Below are positions 56,662 to 64,000 of a DNA stretch of 64,000 nucleotides, one piece after another. Source of the DNA: a virus; the IMG/VR virus record IMGVR_UViG_3300049432_000156, positions 1-64,000 of that record; one strand, given 5' to 3'. A model generated the notes under the pieces. That model was not told where the DNA came from, ran no database searches, and saw only the letters and a list, made by a program, of their open reading frames with translations. Made by a program: the position numbers and the translations under genes. Position 1 is the stretch's first letter; every line of letters starts with the position of its first letter.

Positions 56662-58134
56662 TCACGGATTCAGAATAAGAATACGCCGCAGCTCTTCAAG
56701 CAATAGGGCACTACTGAAGGGTTTTTGCAGCGATGTGTCCGGTCCGTGCGCCCGGCCTCCACTGGCAAGCCCCGTCACGAACAGCACCGGCAACGCGGGT
56801 TCCAATTCCCGCAGTGCTTTCGCCAGTTCATAGCCGTCCATCAAAGGCAGGCCGATGTCGCTTACCAGAACAGCGATCCCCTCATGCTTTAGGAATGCCG
56901 ACAACGCCTCCGGGCCACTCGCCGCCTCGACAACACGGTAGTTCGCCGATTCCATAAATAAACGCATCCACGTTCTCAAGACCGGTTCGTCGTCCACGAG
57001 CAGGACCAGTTTCCCGTCACCGTCGAACTCCTGGGCGTCCACAGCCGTCGCGACCGGCAGGTAGATGTTAAATGTCGATCCGTGCGGATCGCTCTGGACC
57101 GTCACGCCGCCACCGTGGGCTTCGATGAGGGATTTCACCATCGACAAACCGAGTCCAGTTCCCTTGCCCTTTGGCTTGGTGGTGAAGAACGGCTGGAAAA
57201 TCAGTGGCAAAGCCGCGTCAGAAATCCCAACGCCCGTATCCCGGACGCTGACGCAGACGTATTTGCCATCCAATCCAAGCTCTGCGTCGGAGTGCAACGA
57301 AACGTTTTGAGTCGTGATCGTCAACTGCCCGCCGTTGGGCATTGCGTCGCGGGCGTTGATGCAGAGATTCAGGAGCGCGGCGTTGATCTGAGCCGCATCG
57401 CACCGGACCTGCGCTGTGCCGATTGCGGTCTCTACTTTCACGCGCACGTTGACGGGGAATGTCCCGCGCAACATCTGGCTGATCTCCGTCATCAGGAACT
57501 CTGCCGCGACGACGTGGAATGCGCCACCCTCGTTGCCTCGGGCAAAGGCGAGCATCTGTTGGAGTATTTCCGCGCCCCGTTTGGACGCGCCCTCCATCAT
57601 ATCCAAAATACGCTCGTCCTGCGGGACTATTCGCCGGCGGACCATGTCAATCCCGCTCAGGATAACCCCCAGAATGTTGTTGATGTCGTGCGCCAGGCCG
57701 GCGGACAACTCGCCCAGCAGTTCGAGCCTCTGGTTTAAGTTTTTTTCCAATATCCGCTTATGGTTTTCGTGGGCGTGTTCCACTGCCATCCGTAGCCGCT
57801 CTATCCGGTCTTTCAGGATGTAGTCCGACGCGCCAGCTTTCATCGCTGCAACAGCCGCTTCATGGTCCCCGATGCTGCCAGTCACCAGAATGACGGGCGT
57901 TTCCGGTTGTGATTTTTTGACCATCCGAATGGCTTCAGTGCCGTCAATGCCGGGCAGTTTCTGATCCACAAGAACGATGTCCCATTGCTGTTTCAGGGCT
58001 GCCAATAACTTGCTTGCCGAGTTGCAAACCGTGAGGTCAACAAGACCTGCAAGTTTGGCACCTACCATCTCGGCATCGTCCGGATCGTCTTCTAAAAACA
58101 AAGTGCGTAGTGGTTTTTTCATCGAAGGTGGCAT
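56662..58134 (-). CDS. hybrid histidine kinase REC-HisKA-HATPase-REC
   Basis: LEDD/DQKLP; H-box AHDINN; NLCINARDAM; DTGVG; FQPFFTTK..GTGLGL; VDDE/SDIGLP.MDG/KPF. Confidence 0.95.
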   Translation of the reverse strand: MPPSMKKPLRTLFLEDDPDDAEMVGAKLAGLVDLTVCNSASKLLAALKQQWDIVLVDQKLPGIDGTEAIRMVKKSQPETPVILVTGSIGDHEAAVAAMKAGASDYILKDRIERLRMAVEHAHENHKRILEKNLNQRLELLGELSAGLAHDINNILGVILSGIDMVRRRIVPQDERILDMMEGASKRGAEILQQMLAFARGNEGGAFHVVAAEFLMTEISQMLRGTFPVNVRVKVETAIGTAQVRCDAAQINAALLNLCINARDAMPNGGQLTITTQNVSLHSDAELGLDGKYVCVSVRDTGVGISDAALPLIFQPFFTTKPKGKGTGLGLSMVKSLIEAHGGGVTVQSDPHGSTFNIYLPVATAVDAQEFDGDGKLVLLVDDEPVLRTWMRLFMESANYRVVEAASGPEALSAFLKHEGIAVLVSDIGLPLMDGYELAKALRELEPALPVLFVTGLASGGRAHGPDTSLQKPFSSALLLEELRRILILNP

Positions 58135-58442
58135 TCTTTTTCGATCTGAGATTTGACGAACGCATCGGTCTCGTCCCGTTTCTTTTTCTCGTCTCCAAAA
58201 TGCGCCACTGTCTTATCGAGGTACGTGAGCCACGCGGTTATGGCTGCCCAACTGACGGACACCCAAAGCAATCGAACGTCCAGTGGGGTGATGTCGTTTT
58301 CATGCACCTTCCACTCATGCAGGGTCGTGACCATCACGCCCAAGGCTGCCGCGCCGACCCAGAGCGTCCCGCGCAGAATCACCGGACTGTAAAACCGGAC
58401 ATGCTTCGCGCTTCGCTTGAGCAAGAGCGTCGTGTTCGACAT
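58119..58442 (-). CDS. holin-like membrane protein
   Basis: 107 aa, two hydrophobic segments, charged C-terminus. Confidence 0.5.
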   Translation of the reverse strand: MSNTTLLLKRSAKHVRFYSPVILRGTLWVGAAALGVMVTTLHEWKVHENDITPLDVRLLWVSVSWAAITAWLTYLDKTVAHFGDEKKKRDETDAFVKSQIEKECHLR

Positions 58443-58634
58443 GAGACAAGTTTGGCGGGAAACGAGACGGAGGCAACCTGCAATCCAGTTAATTTACGGG
58501 GCGTTTCAGACTGGCCCGTCCCATGCTGACAAGACATTGGCTGCGTGTTTAAGGGGGAGTCCGCGCAGCTTACGTTTCTGTTGCGGGCAAGAGTGCCAGC
58601 CGCGTGGATGGACGCGGACCCTCTTGCCTGTTTT

Positions 58635-58742
58635 TCATTCCGGCCAGAACTTCCAGACCAGCCCCATTACCAACAGCCAGATGAGCAGGCCGAAGAACAC
58701 TTTCCAGCCGCGCTTGGTTTCACGGTGATCCTCACGGCACAT
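58635..58742 (-). CDS. 35-aa single-TM peptide (below ORF-track cutoff)
   Basis: Manual translation MCREDHRETKRGWKVFFGLLIWLLVMGLVWKFWPE. Confidence 0.4.
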   Translation of the reverse strand: MCREDHRETKRGWKVFFGLLIWLLVMGLVWKFWPE

Positions 58743-58823
58743 ATCACCATCGCCGGAACACTCGCGCTACGATAGAAAGAAAACCCACCAGCACCCGGAT
58801 CAGGAACTCTTGGTAGCGGCGTT

Positions 58824-59744
58824 TCATGGATTTCCTCCGCCTAGGCTGGTTCGCAGTGTCGCGATCAGGGAGTAAAAAGCTGCTGACTCAGCAGAGGTAA
58901 ACCCAGCGTGAGCGGCTATGAATGACATCCGCTTTGCACTGTAAGAATGAGCAAGTCCGGTAGCCGTATTCCGAACAGCGAAAGCATACAGTATAGAGTT
59001 AAGTGCGTTTCCAGTAGCCGTAGTAGCACTACCAACTTGAGCATGAGGAGTAGCTTGGTTTGCAAAATACAGTTTGAAATCAGTTGTCGAAAGACGATTT
59101 GCTGAGTAGTAACCATTGCCTGGCTGCGGTGTCACCTGTATATTCCAACCACTTCCGAAACCGCACGATTCAACATAGCTATTGCCGCCGTTATTCAGAT
59201 AAAATACCGTGTTGTTGTTGCTGTTCGCTGTATTGATGGAACCAAACTCGCTTTCAGTTACCCCTCCATTGCTGGCAGAATCAGGAGAGACAATGGTCAT
59301 TCCAAAATCAGTGCTGGGTGTTGTCCCAGGTGGAATAATACCTGTATCGAGATATTTGGAAATTCCATCACCCTTTAATCCGTTGACTGTAAGATCACCA
59401 CTGACAAAGTTGTGGTTAACCCACAGTTCATAGCCTGTCCCACTGCCGGATAGTGTGTAAATTATTGGAACCAGCGCAGCCGTCAGAGAATCGGGAACAA
59501 TACAGTTCAGGGAATAGAACTTGTCCCGAAGTCCCGCCGCGATTAAATTGTCATAGAAGGTGCTGATTGCTTTTATGGTGGCCAGAGATGGGAGAGCACC
59601 TCCAAGTCTAACAACCGCCGCAGCCCAGGCTTGTCCGGAGAGTGTAAACTCCGCCCTGCGATTCGGAACCGTGGCGAGTTGCCCGTGGGCGTAGGCGGGC
59701 ACAAAAATCAATCCACTCTTAATGAAGTTGCGGCGCGTTACCAT
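58824..59744 (-). CDS. beta-rich fibre/lectin-like protein with twin-arginine signal
   Basis: MVTRRNFIKSG..AYAHG; GLKGDG..YLDTG motif common in phage LamG-like proteins. Confidence 0.65.
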   Translation of the reverse strand: MVTRRNFIKSGLIFVPAYAHGQLATVPNRRAEFTLSGQAWAAAVVRLGGALPSLATIKAISTFYDNLIAAGLRDKFYSLNCIVPDSLTAALVPIIYTLSGSGTGYELWVNHNFVSGDLTVNGLKGDGISKYLDTGIIPPGTTPSTDFGMTIVSPDSASNGGVTESEFGSINTANSNNNTVFYLNNGGNSYVESCGFGSGWNIQVTPQPGNGYYSANRLSTTDFKLYFANQATPHAQVGSATTATGNALNSILYAFAVRNTATGLAHSYSAKRMSFIAAHAGFTSAESAAFYSLIATLRTSLGGGNP

Positions 59745-60937
59745 AAGGACGGAGCCGTTGAGGATTCGAGCCATTGCAGGCGGGCTTTGAGCAGCCGAAC
59801 GGGAGTGTTCGTCCAGGTGTCCGATGAGTTACCGCCTTGTCGTGACACGTCGAACCAGATGGAGTCTCCCCTCGCCGGAGAACCGCCTATTGTGATGGCT
59901 GGAGAAAGGAACATCTGCAGGACGTTCCCGGCAGTGCTCAGTCCATTGGTGACGAAAACCTGCGTGCCGAATACAGCATTGGTCAATGCTTCACCAGGAG
60001 CCAATGAACCAGCCTTGACACCCCACACCAGGTTTGTGGTCGTTGCCACGTTGGTATTGTCACAGGTCACATAGAGCTTGAGCGTTACGGTGCCGACATT
60101 CCACACATCAGGAAGTGTCAGTGCGAACCGCGCGCTTTGTGTTGCGGCATCAGCGAAAATCCAGGAATCCGAAAGCGTGTCGTTTACGCTGTTGGTGTAG
60201 GCACCCGCTGTTGCCGCAGTTGGCCCGCCGAACATCGCCCCGGCTTCGATGGATTGATCGCGGTAAATGCCAACAAAACTGCTTACCGCAGTCGCGGTGA
60301 TGTTGCTTCCGTTCACACCCCACGTCACGGAAGCCGTGTCCTGGATGTTCGGTGTCGTAACGTTCGTCGCGTTGACTGAGACGGTCGTGCCACCTCCCGT
60401 TGCGCTTAACGTCGTGCCATCAAACGCCAGCCCGGGGCCGATGGTCGTTGCCGCCAGGTTCGTGTTGCCGTCCGTGCGCACAATCTTGCTCGGGCCGATC
60501 TGGAGGACGGTCAGGTTGCTGGAAATCTGCAAATGGCCGCCCTTGCCGATGTTGAATACGTTCGACGTGACGTTGACCGTCGTGGCGTTGATGACCGTGT
60601 TCGTCGTATTTGTGCCTCCTGCCGCGATTGGATTGCCGTCCAGCGTCAGGACACCACCAACAGCCATTGTCACCACGTTCGTCAATCCGCCCAGTTTGAG
60701 ATACGTCGCACTGACAGTGATGGCAGAAACCGGATCAGCCGCGAGTCCATTGACGTTCAAGTTGCTAACTGTGGCTCCATTCAAGATAGACACCTTGTTG
60801 CCGTTGGTGCTGAACTGAGAACTGACAAAATCAGACAACGTGGGGTGAGGCGTGCTGTTCGTGGTGAAGTAGTTCAATTTGAACGGTTGCCCAATGGCGG
60901 ACAGGCAGCACAGGAGGAGGCAGAGAAAGATTTTCAT
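59738..60937 (-). CDS. Thr/Asn-rich fibre-like protein with Sec signal peptide
   Basis: MKIFLCLLLCCLSAIG; TIGPGLAFDGTTLSATGGG fibre repeat. Confidence 0.7.
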   Translation of the reverse strand: MKIFLCLLLCCLSAIGQPFKLNYFTTNSTPHPTLSDFVSSQFSTNGNKVSILNGATVSNLNVNGLAADPVSAITVSATYLKLGGLTNVVTMAVGGVLTLDGNPIAAGGTNTTNTVINATTVNVTSNVFNIGKGGHLQISSNLTVLQIGPSKIVRTDGNTNLAATTIGPGLAFDGTTLSATGGGTTVSVNATNVTTPNIQDTASVTWGVNGSNITATAVSSFVGIYRDQSIEAGAMFGGPTAATAGAYTNSVNDTLSDSWIFADAATQSARFALTLPDVWNVGTVTLKLYVTCDNTNVATTTNLVWGVKAGSLAPGEALTNAVFGTQVFVTNGLSTAGNVLQMFLSPAITIGGSPARGDSIWFDVSRQGGNSSDTWTNTPVRLLKARLQWLESSTAPSLW

Positions 60938-60939
60938 TT

Positions 60940-61179
60940 TTATCCTGCTTGTTGGTTCCACGCCTGGCTGGTCACATTCCACGACCACCAATTCGGAACG
61001 GCTCCCTCCTGATAGTACCACGCGGCCAGACTGGGATCGGACGGCGTCACGTTCCCGTTCGGATCGGCGAACGCGCCGGTGATGACGGAGCCGGAGCTGG
61101 CGGACGGCCCGGCCGGGGCGGTGAATGGACCGGCGGGTCCCTGGGCATACAAGAAGTGGTTCACGTCAACGACTGTCAT
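60940..61179 (-). CDS. small virion-type protein
   Basis: DPNGNVTP..YY..W.WN..W motif; coupled. Confidence 0.6.
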   Translation of the reverse strand: MTVVDVNHFLYAQGPAGPFTAPAGPSASSGSVITGAFADPNGNVTPSDPSLAAWYYQEGAVPNWWSWNVTSQAWNQQAG

Positions 61180-61751
61180 TTGGCCTCCTTGAGTTCTTTT
61201 TTCTCCACGGACTGCGCGTTGATTTGGATGTTGATCGGGCTGATCTGCGCGCCCGGCAGAAACGGTTTGGACGGCAACGCGGCGGGGCCTGCCTGCTTGC
61301 CAGCGGTCTGGCCGCTGATCTCCATTTGGAGTTCCACGTTTTTGTCCAGGGCACTGAGGAATCGCAATTGAAGGTCCAGGTAGCCCTGCTTGGTTTCATC
61401 GTCGAGGTCATCTCTGCCGGCCAGTTCGGCGCAGCGCGCGGCGGCTTCGCAGACCATCTCCGCACTTCCAAGCAATTTCCCAGTACCGTATCGCAAGATG
61501 CCAATCTGGTCGAGGAACTGGCCGATGGCCGCGACGTTGGACAACCCGCGGGCGGACACCTTTAGCAGATTCAGTTCTCTGGCCGCGCGGTTGAGCCTGC
61601 CCGGTGAGACCGGCTTTGGCTTTTCGGGGACGCCCGATGGTTCGATTACTTCAAGCTCGCGCCTGGATGTGATAACTTCGGCCATGCTCATCTTCGGATT
61701 CAAACGTGCGCGGTTTCGGGAATGGACGCAAGTTTTGAATCTTGAGCGCAA
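61176..61751 (-). CDS. hypothetical protein
   Basis: Helical ORF; true start probably internal. Confidence 0.6.
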   Translation of the reverse strand: MRSRFKTCVHSRNRARLNPKMSMAEVITSRRELEVIEPSGVPEKPKPVSPGRLNRAARELNLLKVSARGLSNVAAIGQFLDQIGILRYGTGKLLGSAEMVCEAAARCAELAGRDDLDDETKQGYLDLQLRFLSALDKNVELQMEISGQTAGKQAGPAALPSKPFLPGAQISPINIQINAQSVEKKELKEAK

Positions 61752-62040
61752 GTCATCCCCGTTGTGGAAGCTACTGCTTGAGATGTCGTGGGTCGCGCTG
61801 AAGGGATTGCCTCACTGGCGAGCTAACCGGCGGCGCTGGCGCAAGCGGATGCGGACGTGCATCAAATGCCCCATCTATAACCCGGAACTTCACCAATGCC
61901 GACCCGCCGTGCCGCCGGGGATTGACCCGAAGCGGTTCGAGCATATCGGGTGTGGGTGCCACGCGCCCATGCTGGCAGTTTTTTCGTCCGAACCCTGTTT
62001 CGCAAAAAAAACTCTCGGAGGATCGAACGGTTGGGATTGA
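61684..62040 (+). CDS. Cys-rich hypothetical protein
   Basis: R..TCIKCP..C..GCGC..C..W. Confidence 0.55.
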   Translation: MLIFGFKRARFREWTQVLNLERKSSPLWKLLLEMSWVALKGLPHWRANRRRWRKRMRTCIKCPIYNPELHQCRPAVPPGIDPKRFEHIGCGCHAPMLAVFSSEPCFAKKTLGGSNGWD

Positions 62041-62168
62041 CAAACTCCAGAGTTTCAGTTTTGCTGGTTGCGTTCGGAAGCCCGTAGTACGGCACGCAAA
62101 TTTTCCACGCCGGCAAGTTGGCGGAATCATCCTTGGTTCTGCCGTACTACAACTTCCGGCGTGGACTT

Positions 62169-62588
62169 ATGACCAAAGCACAGGAACGCAAAGCAAGAAG
62201 GAAAGGCTTCAAATTTCGGAAACGTCGAATCAGACTTGTAAAGCGGTTGGATCGGGAATTGAAACTGGTTTCATCCGATCCGGCTGAGCGGTTGTCTCTG
62301 CTCAAAAGGTGGTCCTTGAGAAAAGTAAAGACCGGGGCATTCGACACCGCTTCAATGCGCCGTGCCGCTCACCAGCGCAGACCCCACGAAGCCATTTTCG
62401 GGCATTGCTGGGCTTGTGCTGAACCGCGAATGCTGGTCAATCACCACGTCATTCAAATTCAGCATGGAGGCAGCAATTGGCATCTGAACATCGTCAAAAT
62501 CTGCGATGATTGCCACGCTCTGATTCATCCCTGGCTATCTCCACAAAGTCCATACTCGGATTTGAAATCCGGAGAAGTGCCTTTTTAG
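62169..62588 (+). CDS. HNH endonuclease
   Basis: CWAC..NHHVI..GGSN..N..ICDDCH..IH. Confidence 0.85.
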   Translation: MTKAQERKARRKGFKFRKRRIRLVKRLDRELKLVSSDPAERLSLLKRWSLRKVKTGAFDTASMRRAAHQRRPHEAIFGHCWACAEPRMLVNHHVIQIQHGGSNWHLNIVKICDDCHALIHPWLSPQSPYSDLKSGEVPF

Positions 62589-63928
62589 TGGCCGTTTCGA
62601 TTCTTCTCCGGCAAATCTTCTGGAGAAGTGTCGAGGTCGATAATCACGCCGCCGTCGCGTTTCCGTCGGGTCTCGGACAGTTCGCCGTTCTCGACGAGCG
62701 CGCGGAATGAGCGGATGTTTTTGAGGAAATTCGGGAGTTCCGGAGGCGCTTCTTCCTTCTCCGGTTTCGGCGGAGCTTCATCGGAGAAGCGGTTAAAGGC
62801 GGTTTCCGGTGAAAGCTCAAGACTTTCACAGATACCTTTGCCCGGGCGGACGCGGCCCGGGTCGGTTGCCGGAATCAAAGTAACGGAGCCGAAAGTTTTC
62901 CCTTCGCAAATTGCACCGGCCGGAACAGATACGGCACCCGAGTAGTGCCGCAGGATTTCCAGGGTGTATTTGAGGCGTTTGGACATGGCACCCAGGATGT
63001 GGTTCGCGTAGGCGGCGTGGCCGATCTTCTGCAACCGGGCGAATTCCTGTTCCTCCAAGGATTGTTCCAGCTCACGGGAGGGCAGGGTTTCCAAGGTCCA
63101 ACGGACGAAGCGATGTTTGGCATCGATGGCCAGGAGTTTTGCGGAAGCCAGTGCCTTGTACACTCCGGCTTCGGTCAATGCCTCCTGCCGTTCGCCTGGA
63201 GGTTTTCGGAATGCGGAGATGAGCGCGCTGAACCGGACGGTGAGCGCTTCTTTCCAGTTTTGTCGATAAGGCATTGCGATGATCCGCGCGAAGCCCAGGT
63301 CGAGAACGCGGCGGTCGGTGACGAGGAATTTCTTCGCCTCCTTGCGGACGGCGAGCCAGATTATTTTGAGTTCCTCCCAGGCGATCGAACCCAGCAGACC
63401 GTGGACGCGCTTCAGGAACTCCGATTCCAGCGCGGAGAAGCCGGGTTCCGGTTCGAGCTGCAGGTCTTCTTCGTCGTTATCGACGTCGCCGCGGTCGATC
63501 TTGGGCGGTTCGTATCCTGGCCAAACGATGGTCGTTTCGCGGTTTATCCCCGGATGTTTGCGGGCGAACTTGAGCAGGCTCGCGTCGCTGAACCACCATG
63601 CGTTCTGGTCATTCGGGCAATGATCGAAAGAGTCGATGACCGGTTTGAGACACCGGTACTGGGAAGCGGTGTAGCTGCCGGCGCGCTTGACGCGGAACCA
63701 GCGTTCTCCGTCTTCGCTGCGGAAAGGATGTACGTATATAGGCAGCGACCAGGCGAAGCCGTCCTCAAGTCTGCCCGAGACCACCCAGAGTTCGGTATCG
63801 CCATCGCGCCGGACGGAGATTTTCCGGGGCGCTGTTGTTTCCTGCAAATCTGACATTGCGTTCATTCCGGAATCGGCTAAGGTCGCGGCAGCGTTCGACA
63901 CGCGATGCCGAACGCCGCCACTGAACAC
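62585..63928 (-). CDS. hypothetical protein
   Basis: Long ORF; start uncertain. Confidence 0.7.
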   Translation of the reverse strand: MFSGGVRHRVSNAAATLADSGMNAMSDLQETTAPRKISVRRDGDTELWVVSGRLEDGFAWSLPIYVHPFRSEDGERWFRVKRAGSYTASQYRCLKPVIDSFDHCPNDQNAWWFSDASLLKFARKHPGINRETTIVWPGYEPPKIDRGDVDNDEEDLQLEPEPGFSALESEFLKRVHGLLGSIAWEELKIIWLAVRKEAKKFLVTDRRVLDLGFARIIAMPYRQNWKEALTVRFSALISAFRKPPGERQEALTEAGVYKALASAKLLAIDAKHRFVRWTLETLPSRELEQSLEEQEFARLQKIGHAAYANHILGAMSKRLKYTLEILRHYSGAVSVPAGAICEGKTFGSVTLIPATDPGRVRPGKGICESLELSPETAFNRFSDEAPPKPEKEEAPPELPNFLKNIRSFRALVENGELSETRRKRDGGVIIDLDTSPEDLPEKNRNGH

Positions 63929-64000
63929 AACGATGTGACCGTTATGCCTACAAAACCAATATCACCGGGGACTCGATATACAAGATGGATCGTGCTTGGT

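Noticed and set aside
1-64000. Host assignment (Verrucomicrobiota/Planctomycetota suspected from attC style and Thr/Asn-rich exported proteins)
   Set aside because: Impression only; it needs spacer or homology matching.

Overview
The window is most or all of a tailed dsDNA phage or prophage genome of moderately high GC; the podovirus-like layout (no tape measure, giant internal protein) is inferred. The left arm (1-22.2 kb, mostly +) holds early/accessory genes: a Ycf35/DUF2997/Ycf46-type AAA module, RmlA and glycosyl/methyl-transferases, a clamp-loader-like ATPase, RusA, RecT, a split DUF2800/Cas4-like nuclease and a tyrosine recombinase. The right arm (22.2-64 kb, mostly -) holds virion genes: a 3669-aa polyvalent protein with a GHKL ATPase and two HEXXH motifs, tail proteins, probable capsid, scaffold and portal, and a + strand large terminase. 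It also has a possible lysis region containing a hybrid histidine kinase. Seven freestanding HNH/GIY-YIG nucleases are scattered through the window. The main discovery is an integron-like cassette system. Seven attC-like sites plus an attI-like site (11977-14161) are oriented on the minus strand, while the cassette genes read on the plus strand, mostly starting inside the attC hairpin loops and often translationally coupled there. A second two-attC cassette lies at 9010-9481. No IntI-type integrase was recognised. All family assignments come from motif recognition by eye; no searches were run.
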